NCBI GenBank assembly: GCA_964252035.1
Contig: OZ176207.1
Length of the DNA: 64,000 bases
Direction: 5' to 3' (one strand)
Source: Podarcis erhardii
Lineage: Eukaryota
The position numbers were made by a program, and so were the translations under genes. The notes below the pieces were generated by a model that did not search any database, was not told the DNA's origin, and was given only the letters and a program-made list of their open reading frames with translations. Of this stretch, positions 50,293 to 62,231 are shown in pieces. How positions within the stretch are numbered: position 1 is the first letter of the stretch; the number at the start of each line of letters is the position of its first letter.

Positions 50293-50855
50293 GTTAGTTA
50301 GTTTGATTTATTACGGCCATTGGCCCATATCGAAAACAATACATCAAAATTTATCCATAAACAATACAATTTAAACAGTTCCAAGTTAAAACACCCATAT
50401 AAAACCAATTTTACTTCAATTAAGTAAACACTATGCACAATAAGCTCCCTCTATGTAAACCGCAATTCAAATCCCTCAGATTTTGGGGGATATGCGTCTT
50501 AGTTCTGGCACTTATTGATGGTTCTTAAGTTTAGCTAAGCTGTCAGAGTCATACAGTGATCCATTTCTCCTCTTTTGAAATAAGACATTAATCAGGTATC
50601 TAGCGACTGCAAGGGATCTACTTGTGTCTTCGTCGTTTAATAAGTATATTATTTGGGCTTCCTGAGGTCTGTCAGCAATTCTTGATAAATATGGGGCCAG
50701 AAACTTGGACCGTGAAGCCGAATGTAATGGACAACAGAAGATTATATGAGATAACGATTCTATAGGTCCGCTTTTACAGTCACAGAGGAGTGAGATCTGT
50801 CCGTTGGAGAGTCTGTTACCCAACACATTTGATGGGAAAACATTTATCATTATCA
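50293..50855 (-). mobile_element. 5'-truncated LINE 3' end with C-terminal CCHC-type motif (RTE-X or L1/Tx1-like; clade uncertain)
   Basis: ORF 50862..50512 contains LCDCKSGPIESLSHIIFCCP. Minus-strand tail GGCCGTAATAAA followed by short (CTAA)-like repeats. 12-bp TSD ttatcattgata at 50281-50292 and 50856-50867. Confidence 0.8.
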
Positions 50856-51042
50856 TTATCATTGATAATTTTACTTACATGTTGACTTCCAGTGCAGTAA
50901 AATTACTGCCTGCAGGCCCAGTTACAGACCACAAATGACTAGAGAATAAATAATATTGCTAGCATGATAATCTCTTACAGTTGGTATTTGGCTTTCCTGT
51001 GATATAGCAGCAGTGGAAGTTTCTGTTAGCAGGATTCAAGTA

Positions 51043-51275
51043 CAGTGGTACCTCGGGTTACAGACACTTCAGGTTACACGTTTTCAGGTTACGGACCGCG
51101 GGAAACCCGGAAGTACCAGAAAGGGTTACTTCCGGGTTTCGCTGCATGCGCGGAAGCGTTAAATCATGCTTTGCTCATTTGCAGAAGCGCCAAATCGCGT
51201 CACGTGCATGTGCGGACACAGAGCTGCCGGTTACAAATGCTGTGGGTTGCAGATGTGCAACCCGAGCTTCCACTG
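51043..51275. mobile_element. Tigger/pogo-like MITE
   Basis: TIRs cagtggtacctcgggttac / gcaacccgagcttccactg with TA duplications at 51041-42 and 51276-77. Confidence 0.85.
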
Positions 51276-53249
51276 TATTTTGAAACAGAAGGAAAGAAGA
51301 TGCTTCTTTCAAAAACTGTTTTGCCAGAAAATAATTTTTGTTGGTTTACTTATTTTCCACTGTCTAGCAAAATTAAGATATGTGAGATGTATGTATCGCA
51401 AATGAGTTCCCTTCTGTTTGGTAGGATTCTGGTTAGTCGCAATTCATTTAATGTTGAGATTACATAAATGTAGGGAGGTTGAGACTAACTTCAATTAGAA
51501 CTGAACATATTCCTTAGAATTGTAGGCAGTAGCATTATGGTAGTGCAGTAGGGTTGTCCACAGTGATACCTGCCTGGTTTTCAGTTTCTGTCATCTTCCC
51601 TCTCTCTCTCACCCCCTCCTCTTTCTTCTCTGCACTTCATTTAAAAAAATCTGCAAGAATTGCACAACTTTCCTGCACTTTTCTATTTCTATTTTATTTT
51701 ATTTTATTTAAATATATATTTAAGTATTATTCTTTTACAGCTCCGAAAGATATGTATTAAATCTGTCTTAATTCCCTTGTACCTCCAGTAATGCATGTTT
51801 CAGCCAAAAAAATTGCTGATTGTGTGTGGAGTACCATTGGAATATTGTTTTAGGTTTGTTCTCCTTCAGTTCCCTTTTTCTTTTAAAAAGCTCTTTATTT
51901 GTAAAGCCTTCTTTGAGCTGTTCACACACAATTTTTCAAAACCAAAACCTAACATAAGCATAAACGTGAACAGTATCAAAACCAAAATAGAGTGTATACA
52001 TAAAATGAGCAGAACACAAGATCTAGAGCAATGAAAGTTACAGTCATACTTGCAAAGAAAGTGAGTGCTAGAGAAGTGACAAATAAGGCATGATATAGGG
52101 AACACCTCTGAATGTGAACTATAGAGCCATGTCATGAGGCAGAACTTGCAAGGCTTTAACATGCATGTATCATTTTATATTTCTGGGAGTTTGCTGCTGA
52201 TCTAGCAAGGCTCCTGTCATACTAATTAGACCCCAAATAAGCAGAAAGGCCTTTGCTGCAGCTCTGCCCACGATAGCTTTAATTTGGTACATAAGCTTCT
52301 TGAACCTGAGAATATCCCACGCTTTGTGAAATCATTGGACTAATAATAATAATAATGATAATAATGGTTAGTCACTTTTTTCCACAGAATTTAGGGTGTG
52401 CATGAGGAATTCCAGTTTTTAGGTATAAATAAGGAAGGGTGGATGTTTATTTAAATATCACCCTATTGATGTTAACTTTTCTGCATTTATTGTTCCATAT
52501 GTGATAATGGATAACTTACATGATGCACAATTTACTTCATTTTGCATTTTTAGATTTCTCACTACTGTACTATAGTTTTGTGACTAAATCTGAGTCGTGA
52601 ACAAAGACAGTAATCCAGAACTATGCAAAATGGGTCGGATTTCTTTCCAAAGTCATTTTTTGTAGCCGATGAACATGAAGTTGCACGTTTTGCTTGGATG
52701 CACACTGAAAGTGTCTCAACTCAGCACAGACCTGCACTAAATATCTAATCTAGTGCCAACACACTTTCATGTCTGATTGACAGATGTGTGTATCTGCTCA
52801 GCATCTTGCTAGACAGAACAAAAGAAGTATGGTTTCTAGGTGAATATGTGCCTAGCAAACTGGTATGATTGCTATGAAACGTAATTATTAATTTCCTGTA
52901 CCATGTGCCTTTAATAATTAGCAACACACAGGAAAGGGACAGTTCCAGAACTAACACCCATTTGAGGGTTTCAAATTTGAAGTAACTTGAATTGTTCAAA
53001 AGCCTTGAAGCAAAATACCACACACACCCTCCCAAAAGGTGCCTTGTCTACAAGGCAGGTTTAGAAATATTTTTTCCAGGGGAATTAGTGTCTATCATGG
53101 TTCTAATCTAGAGGTAAGTATATGGTTAGTAACTTTCAATGCAAGATTAGCAAACTATATTAGTGTGTAACCAGAAGAAATAAACTGGACAATATTTCAT
53201 GGTTAATTTTCTAAATTGCCTTCATTTTTATTACTTGACTTCATTTTTA

Positions 53250-53375
53250 CCCCGGGCCCAAATCAAACTGCTGGTTTTGACCTATGAAGCCTTAAACAGC
53301 TCAGGACCACAATATCTCACGGTCTACCTCTTCCCATATGAACCGACCCAAACCCTGCAATCATCATCTGAGAGT
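53250..53375 (+). mobile_element. L2/CR1-group LINE ORF2 C-terminal fragment
   Basis: Translates to RAQIKLLVLTYEALNSSGPQYLTVYLFPYEPTQTLQSSSE, resembling the L2-type (FK.L.L.YKAL.G..P.YL) motif. Confidence 0.7.
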
Positions 53376-54043
53376 CATAGGCCTGGCCTAGCTTCACTCT
53401 CCAAACTGACTCCTATTTTGTATGAAGAATATTTCATAGTGGTCTGGTGGCAGAGAAATAACTCTGTGATACAGCTCAGAAAATGTTTTTTTCAGACAGA
53501 AGTCTTAAGGCCCTATGTAATATAGAGATCAAACGCCCTCAAGATGAGCAGGTTGATGACATTTCATTGGCAGCCTGTGACATCTAAAAGCTGAACATTG
53601 CAGAACCTAATTAGTCTGAACATAATTAGTTATAAGAGGTACCTGACAGAGCATCAAATCAGTGCAAAAGATCTTTGCTTGGATTTAGGACCCCTTTGAG
53701 GGGTTGGGGATAGAATGAAGAAAATTGCATCTGGTGCATTGCAAATGAATGATGCCAAACTTAATTATTAAAGAAGAAACATGAGATCAAGCACAGAGAA
53801 ATGAGTGTGTGTCTCAGTCTTTATGGTTTGAGCACAGCTGTCCTGGACAAAATATTGACTTTGGTGTGGTAGCATCAAGAGTGACATCAAGAAATGATGG
53901 AGATGCAGTGGATACATGAGGAAAGAACACAGCAGTTGCAGGAAAAAGAGGGGGGAAATGACACTGGGAGTTTGGGTTTGCTCATCTGGAAGAGTCAGAG
54001 ATGAAGACAGATTTTGAGAGTTGGTGAAACAGCAAAGCAAATG

Positions 54044-54556
54044 GAAGAAAAATGGAAGAAGCAAAGATTACCAGTGTCGAAGCAATGATTCTTCAACATC
54101 AACTTCGTTGGACTGGTCATTTTGTGCGGATGCCCAATGATCGTCTTCCAAAGCAACTACTCTATTCCGAACTTAAAAATGGAAAGCGTCATGCTGGTGG
54201 TCAACAAAAGAGGTTTAAAGACTGTCTCAAGGCAAATCTAAAAAAGTGTAGTAGAAACACTGACAACTGGGAAACATTGGCCTGCGAGTGCTCCAGTTGG
54301 AGAACAGCTTTTATCAAAGGTGTTATGGGTTTTGAAGACACTCAAACTCAGGACGCAAGGGAGAAACATGCTAGGAGGGAGGCACGCTTGGCAAATCCAC
54401 ACCGTGATCAACACCCGCCCGGAAACCAATGTCCCCACTATGGAAGGACGTGTGGATCCAGAATTGGCCTCCACAGTCACTTACAGACTCATTGTTAAAA
54501 CTGTGTTTATGGAAGACAATCTTACTCGGCTACAAGTGATCGCCAAAGAAGAAGAA
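54044..54556 (+). mobile_element. 5'-truncated RTE-clade LINE 3' end
   Basis: ORF 54052..54498 reads QLRWTGHFVRMPNDRLPKQLLYSEL...GGQQKRFKD...CGSRIGLHSH. (GAA)n tail; candidate 10-bp TSD aaagcaaatg at 54034-54043 and 54557-54566. Confidence 0.88.
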
Positions 54557-54982
54557 AAAGCAAATGTGAATTGGAATGGCACCAACTGAAAAAGAAGCCA
54601 GCAGCCATGGAGTGCCCAGATTTCCACTCTGTGCCTGTTGACAACACTCCAGTCCAGTGGTTGAGATACCTTACTAACAGAGACCATGAAAGTTTGTGCT
54701 GTAGTGATACTTGTGAGTGAAAACATTTCTGCTTTATATGTTGCTGTAACTTGCTCCCCAGTGCTGTAGAACAGCACCCTCTGCCCCACAGGGCTAACAA
54801 ACACAATCTGCCTTGTGGGGGGAAATAAGAGAGCCGGGGCAGAAAAACCCCCACCTTTGGACATGGAGCGTTAAAGTGCGGACTTCTGCTTGGAAAGAAC
54901 GGTGCAAAAGGCAAATGTGTGTATGCCCTAAACTGGATGGATCTTGGTTGGATGCTGTATGGCAGTTCTTATGTTCTTATAC

Positions 54983-55118
54983 CAGAGATAAGAAACCTGT
55001 GGCCCTCCAAATGTTGTTGGACTTCAGCTATCATCCATGATATCATTAGCAATGCTGGCTAGGACTGGTGGCAGTTGGAGTCCAATAGCATTTGAAGGGC
55101 CTCACAAAGTTCTTACAC
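54983..55118. mobile_element. Palindromic MITE
   Basis: Long inverted arms gtggccctccaaatgttgttggacttcagct / gcagttggagtccaatagcatttgaagggcctcac. Confidence 0.7.
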
Positions 55119-56105
55119 AATAAAGGAAAAGGAAGGTTTGATTCAGTTTGGGTTTAGTTCAGTTTGACTGCCAGAATGTTGTTACTATTCTCCTAAAAGA
55201 TGTTTCAATTTCATCCTTAGCAAATATTTGCTTTGTAAAGGCATGTTCATCACATTCTGGTCTCCAGTATGTTGATACTAACCCATCCTCAAATCACAGC
55301 TGAGCATAAGTAGATAATAGGCTTTATAAGCGTATTTGTTTTGTTTGTTGGTGCTGTACTGGTGTAATCATAAAGTAGGTTTGAACTTTCATGTCCCTTT
55401 ATCCTCTAGTGATGGACAAACTTAATGAAACAAAGGAATTAATACTAGGATAGACCTATAAATATGTTTTTAGGGTCACACTCTGTGGATGCTGAGCTCT
55501 CAGTTAAATTGGAACATTTGTGTGGGTACACACACATATATGAGTAGTATTAATCAGAGTAGAATGTGGCAGAATACAGTGGATTTTTAACCCTTTTGCT
55601 GTTACAGTTATTGTTGATTCACTGTATTTGTGCCTAGGAAAGTATCTTTGTCCAGGTCTGATAGACACACAGTATATATGACAGTACTATTTTCCTTTCC
55701 AGCACAACCAAACATGAAGATACGGTGAATAGGATTGGAGTAAATTTGTGTTCTGCTGTATGTGTTAATATCTAGGAATCCCACTGTAATCTCTGTTAGA
55801 AATTCTATTGTAATCTCTGCCTCCATTGCAACAATCAGTTGCAAAATGAAATTTCAGTGACTGGATTTCCTGTACTGTATATGAAATGAAGATGATTGCA
55901 TAGAACATAAATGTGCCAGCAAGACAGATTTGCATATGGAAGTAGATTTCTGCATGTGCAGCATGTATGGTTGTCTATTCACTGTCTGATATTTGCCAAG
56001 GTTTTGTAAGACAGAGTTAGATCAATGGCTAAACTAGCTCAGTACTGTTTAAACTGACTGTTAGTGGCTTTTCCAGGATTTCAGATAGGAGTTTTCCCTA
56101 GCTTT

Positions 56106-56181
56106 GGAAATGCCAGGGATTGAACCTGGGACTTTCAACATACAAGGCAGATGCACTACCACTGAGCTGTGCTCCTTCCCC
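56106..56181 (-). mobile_element. tRNA-derived SINE head (degraded)
   Basis: Minus strand GGGAAGGAGCACAGCTCAGTGGTAG...CCCAGGTTCAATCCCTGGCATTTCC contains A-box- and B-box-like motifs but no intact cloverleaf. Confidence 0.75.
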
Positions 56182-59100
56182 TGAGCTATGGGTTGGTTAT
56201 TCAATAGCTCTTTAGACATAGCCTAAAAAATTTAGCACTTGAAATGGCTAGTAATGTCTTTATGATACGGGTGGGGTGTACATTCCTATTCTGGACCTCT
56301 AGTTGTTATATATATAGAGAGAGAGGAAGATTGGAGTCAAAAAGAGGTAATCTGTGTAAACAGATTTGGCAAGATTTTGCCCAAATGAATTTTTTGCCCC
56401 GCTTAATGGGACATGCAATACTGTCTACCACAAGTAAAATACAGCACTACTATTTTGGGATCTTGCAGTTGCAATTTAACACTTTGAAATGGTGGATAAG
56501 TGATCTTGTGCAGCTGAATTGATGTATTGTATTCTGTATTCTTGAAATGAGCCTCATAAATGAGTTTAGGAAAGTTACTAGCTCACACATTTTAAATTTT
56601 TAATTTTACTAGTCCTGTTGAGGGCTGGCCGAGGAGGAAATCTGCTACATTTCTAGTACAGGGGTGTCTGTGTCTTCCATCCTATGCTTGGTTTCTGTGC
56701 TGGATGCAAAGGAGGGATAGAGCAGTCCATCCCTCCTCTGCCAGCCTGCTCACTTGCCTGTATATACTGTAATTCCTTGACCTCTATGTCTATGATTACC
56801 AGGTGAGTGGTTAAATACAAAGCTGCTTTAGACCTATATGCAGTATGTAGAGGATTCAAAATTACAATGAAACAATAGGTGATGAATTATAGTTGAAATG
56901 ATACTTGGAGAAAGTGATACAAATGAATAGGGGGAATAATGCCTTGAAAAAACTCTGACCTAACTATTACCCCATGGAGAATGGGAAACTGGTCTGAAAT
57001 TTGTAATATATCCCTGTATAATGTTCCTAGATTATCATCTTCATAATGTAAGAAAGAACTATGTTAAAAGTTAATGAAGGAACTCCAGTGGAACTCTATT
57101 AGAATATTTTTCCCGCCATTAAATGACTGGTACAGACTTTTAATGGATGCTTTAACAAGGCTCTGTTATCCAAAGGACTATTGCTCAAATTGAAATTGGG
57201 CATATAATCAGCGAAGAGAAGCATTTTGGGTGGGAGAATATCAATGAAGTGCAAGTTGGTGGGGGGTGTAGCAGTGGGAAAAGGAAAGAAGCAAGGGTTA
57301 GCCTGTATTTGTAATGACAAACGCCACAAGTATGGAGATGTGTAAACATTTCACACAAAAATTATGGACAAGCAATCTTGAGAATGATAAACACATTACT
57401 CACACATCTTTAGATACCACTTCAGCTTTCAAAATGAACATGGCAAGGGAGACTTTGTAATCTCCTCTCCCCACTGTTTTGCTACTCTGGGAAATATTTG
57501 TCTTGACTTTTCATCAGACATGCAATTCTGGTGTTACAGGTCAGAATACAGGGAACTGCATCACTATTCTTGCATGACCACTGGGGCTATTGAGTGTGAG
57601 GAAACGGAGGTCAACAGTCTCACTGACCATGCACAAACCTAAACTAGTTCCCTGAATATGGTTATAATCTTTCACTGTCTCATCACCCTCCAGCTGCCCT
57701 ATTCTTTGCAGCAAAATTCATAAGTCCTCACCAGTACCTCTGTGCTTTTCATTTCATTTCTATTAGAGTCTTTTTATATAGCCCAGTTTGTTTTCTTTTA
57801 TTATTTTATTATTATTTTATTATTTTAATGTCTTACTTGCTTTCCCACCTTTCCCCCCTTTCCTCGTCACTGAAATAAGTATAAGTAAGTATAAGTAAAT
57901 AATGCTTCTGCTAAAACGGTATTTTCTTCTCTCATCAAAATGATACCTTTCTCTTTCCTTCATTATATCCTGCATCTTCCAACCTCATCCTGGCACAGCT
58001 GCAGATTTCAGAAGCCACTTGACAAGCTGTCCTTCTTGGGTCCCCCAAAGTGCTGAATTGCTCCATATCACAGTGCCAGCATTGGCTAAATTCATGAGCA
58101 AGCAGATCTGGCAGCCATGGTAGCCTTTAATGGGCCAACCATGTGGATAAGCAAGGAGGAGGGCAGTATTGAGGTGGGCACTTGCAGTAGTGCAGCTATT
58201 GCAGGGCATAAGTAATAATATTAGCTGGGGATGGGCAACGTATCAGCCCCACTATGAAAGGTGTTGATACATGGTCACACATTGCTTCAGGCTTATAGTC
58301 ATAGCCCATATATTTCCCATCAATGGCCCATACTTACCCACCATTCATTTTCCATCTTGCTAGGTGTCGGTTACTTGCTGGTTACGAATGGCATCATATT
58401 GGTTATGAATGGCATCATATTGGCCTTAACCCTGCGATAGGCTGATATTTAGCCATATAAAATAACCATATATTTGAAAACTTTGGTCGGTTAACACTTG
58501 TGATACCTAAGAAACATTTCTGGTTCTATCTAGATATTCTGGGGTGTTTTTATTTTATGCTGAGTTATAAATTAGCGACCACAGAAATAAGAAAGCCAAA
58601 GCCCTTCGCTCTTGATACTAGTAAAAGCTTCATACCGGGCATAAACTGTTGTTTCTTTTGGAATGAGGGAAGGCCAGCTCTTCTCTGAAAGCACTGAACT
58701 GGTTTAATTGAAAGAACAATTTGATTTGCTGCTATAGATGCTGCTCCAGTAAAACAGCTTGGAATGCTAACAAATTTTTTACTTTCCTCTCCCAAGCCAA
58801 GGATTTAGTACTGGCAGGTGAACTTGTGAAGGCTGCTCTCAAATATACAGAGACAATAACTGTCTTGGAGGTGGAACTTTGTCAATATTTTTTGCCTTGA
58901 GCCAAAAAAACATTCAGAATAATGGTGTGCTAAAGTCCTGCTCAAAAATGTAGCAGCTAGACAAAGGGGAATTTATTCCAACTTTAGGACTGTGTGCTTT
59001 CTTAGTCATCTGTATGTTGTAGCATCAACTATCAAGACATTTGAGGATGCCTGAAGGCATGTTTCTAGTTTCCTTTAAGTGTACATAATGCCAACTATGT

Positions 59101-60153
59101 TTTTGTTCTAAACAGAAACATTGCCAAGTGTTAGATTCAAACTTTAACTTATTACACCCTGAAAGCTATTTGAAGATACCTCTGTATTTTAAATATTAGC
59201 CCAACAAAACCATTTATCATTACTTAACTGGGAAATAAAATATTTATAGGAGCTTGCCATTTAAATACTTCTATGTTCTTATAGCCTCTAGTGAAGACAA
59301 AGTGTGATAACAAAATACTGGGATAAATTGGCAATACATGATAATTTTATCATTATAGCAATGAATAAAAATGTGAAGACATCATGCACAGCTATAGAAC
59401 ATTGATACCTCCAACCCAGAAATATAGACATAGGAAATAAATAAAACTATTTACACATGAAAAACAGTCTTCACTTCCCCTAATTAGGACTATAAATAGA
59501 GCTGAGTGGAATGAAGGTGTTAATGCCTCTCAAAAAGTAGCCCCATTTTTTTTGAAGTGTGTGTGTGGATGCATTCCTGTTGTTTCAGCGACTGGACCAA
59601 ATATTCCCTGTTTTCCTGGGAAGTCACAATGAAACTGCTGCAGCATGGCGAAATAGAAAGCATTTTTCTAGATGCATAGGAGCACAGATTCTGCATATCC
59701 TCATGATATTCTAGTTAGTGGAATGTGTGCTTGAATATACATTCCAGTGCGCATTCTGACCCAAATGGTGTGTGACTTCAGAGTGAGACCAGGTCAGCTT
59801 TGTTTGCTCACCACATAAGAGTAACTTTAGCATATTTAACCATGTGATCCGTGGTGGTGGTGTGCAAGTCCTATTTCTGTCTTACCGAAAACCATTTGGA
59901 CTCTGAGGGTTTTTGTTGAATGTTGGTAAAATGTCATGGTTTCCAATGAACATGTAACAGGAATGCTTGAAAAGCCCAAGTGAGTGAAGCACCCTATTTT
60001 TTCTGCAAGTTTCCCCTGACTTCCTCGAGCAAAATAGGCCTTATAATGGGGAAGGGTGGTGGCTTAAGGCACTTGGGACAGCTCATTAGCACGCAGGAAA
60101 GGTCTTGCAACTCTTCTCCATAGCTTGGAGCATATGTTCCTGCTGGGGATCAT

Positions 60154-60310
60154 GGGGCTGGTAGTTAGTAGAGCATGAGACTCATAATCTGAGAATCATG
60201 GGTTCAAGCCCCACACGGAGCAAAAAGATTCCTGCATTGCAGGGGGTTTGCCTTGATTACCATTGTGGTCCCTTCCAACTCTACAGTTCTATGATTCTCT
60301 AATTCTATGA
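60154..60310 (+). mobile_element. SINE with tRNA-Lys-derived head and CR1-derived tail
   Basis: gtagagcatgagactcataatctgagaatcatgggttcaagccccac resembles tRNA-Lys(CTT); it is followed by gattcctgcattgcagggg...ggtcccttccaactct...ttctatga, a CR1-type tail. Confidence 0.8.
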
Positions 60311-61075
60311 CCAATGATCAGACTGGGTAGTAGGAGGGATGTAGTTCAAGGCCCATTATAAGTCAAATCCAGCTCTGATTGTTCTGGGCTTAACTGCACT
60401 GAGGGTAGATCTTGCAAGCAGGGAACATTTGTTTTTCTAGCTCCTGTTTAAAGTATTGCTCTGTCTCTTAATGCCCCTTAGCTAGGATCACATAGTGAAG
60501 GAGAAAGTAGAAAAAACTCTTATTAAGAATGATGCAGAAAGAGCAGCAGACGAAAGGAAGAATGTTTGTGAAAATTCCTAGAGATTGTAAACTGTAAGAA
60601 ACTTCAAAGTGGCATTGGCATATTGTACACCTCCAAAGCAGCAAATCCTTATGTCACCAAATAACTGCATTAGAAGTGAGTTTTTGACTGTGTAGTGTCG
60701 CAAACAATGCTAGGTTGCAGTTGAGGAATATGCAAACAGTATTAGTAGCAGAAAACAGCTAGGACTGGTTTTTACATAGACATGTGTTACTGTAATTACA
60801 CAATGAGGTACATTACCTGGAATGCTGATATTTGCCAGTGTCATAGTTATGGCATATGATAAGAGATAAAAAGTGCCTGCACATAAGAGATAAAAAGTAT
60901 CTAATTTATAGCAGGAAGTCCATTAATTTAGATATCATGCCAAATTATAGCACAAACCATTGTTTTCAAAACCACTTCAAACTGATTCTGATTTTCTGGC
61001 TGATTGAAAGCAATGGTTTGTTAAGTCATGTATTGAGAAAACCTTAGTTGAGCTTTCTTTCTCAAGTCCTGCCGC

Positions 61076-61250
61076 TGTGACCACAACCATGGTTTGGCTT
61101 AGTGTGTTGTCCAAACCCATACACATTATAAACCGTTAACCAAAGTTTATTCTTAGTTTACAGCTTGTGGTTTGTCTGAAGGAGACAAACCATAAACCCA
61201 GAGTCAATTACACACAAAGCCAAGCATAGTTTAGCTTACTACAACACAGC
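61076..61250. repeat. Unclassified AACCATGGTT-rich degenerate repeat
   Basis: Recurrent aaccatggtt/aaacca/tggttt motifs shared with 61984-62231 and about 39625-39745. Confidence 0.35.
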
Positions 61251-61390
61251 GGCACCAGGACCAGAGGAGAAGCAAAGCACCTGAAATGTCCTCTATGGGA
61301 CTCTATGTACTCATGCATTCACACTAAGCATTATTTGTGATACATCACAGCGTTGTAGTTCTCTTTAAACCTGTTGCACAGCACAGTATT

Positions 61391-61447
61391 TCATTCATTC
61401 ATTCATTCATTCATTCATTCATTCACTCATTCACTCACTGACTCATT
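61391..61447. repeat. (TTCA)n microsatellite decaying to (CTCA)
   Basis: Read directly. Confidence 0.9.
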
Positions 61448-61983
61448 CAAAGCATTTTTATCCTCATCTGAACCCCCCCCCCCCATTGTGGCTTAGAAAT
61501 TAATAGGAATAACACAGGCTCACAATTAAAAAAAGGCATGGCAGAAAAGGAAAATGGGAGTGGGAGGGAAAGCAGGCTCTGTCTCCAAATTCTTAATGTT
61601 TCAAGTTTCTTACAATGACCAGCTTCAATGGTAACTGACTGCTGTACTCATGCCCCTGAGAAATAGCCTGGTGATCCAGTCTTCTGGATCACCTGAAAGT
61701 TTTTTACAAGGTGGGGCCTTTGGGCACCTAGCTAAAATCTACTGACTTCTTGCCACTCCTGTCACAAAGTCCCCTGCCCTGCCAGGAGATGGCCTTACCT
61801 TACATGGCAGCTGGAACTGATGATCTCTGTAAGGGGATGGAGGGATCTAGCCCAGCTAGTAAGAATAGCATTGAGTACATGAAAAATCTTATCCTGGGGA
61901 TTTGATTGGGAGCGCTTTCCACTGTGTATTAATCTGTAGGACTGGCATGAAAGAAACGGTCACTAAGAAGCAGTGCATCCATA

Positions 61984-62231
61984 CATAATGCTAAACCATG
62001 GTTTGTTAATCATGATCAGACAGTTTTCTCATGATTCTTCATGCATGGAAATTAAAGATTTTATTCCTGCTTTAGCTGCAAACCAAACATTTGCCATTAT
62101 GGTTTGCAAATGCACTACAAACCTTGGTTACTGATTCAGGTTTGCTACTGAGTAGCAAGTCATAGTTGTCAGTTCTGATCTCACGAGAAACCATAATTAA
62201 GATTCCTTAACCATAGTTTGATATGATATGT
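61984..62231. repeat. Unclassified MITE-like repeat with inverted ends
   Basis: Ends acataatgctaaaccatggtt / aaccatagtttgatatgatatgt are imperfectly inverted. Confidence 0.4.

Noticed and set aside
54052-54498. 148-aa ORF as a host gene
   Set aside because: It is the C-terminal part of RTE-clade ORF2, 5'-truncated with a tail and TSD; the terminal Cys/His motif is degenerate (CPHY).
60168-60225. tRNA-Lys-like sequence as a functional tRNA gene
   Set aside because: Multiple substitutions, no intact acceptor stem, and fusion to a CR1-type tail identify it as a SINE head.
47929-60898. Short direct repeats as a CRISPR-like array
   Set aside because: Eukaryotic DNA; only two copies each, unrelated repeat sequences, and no cas genes.
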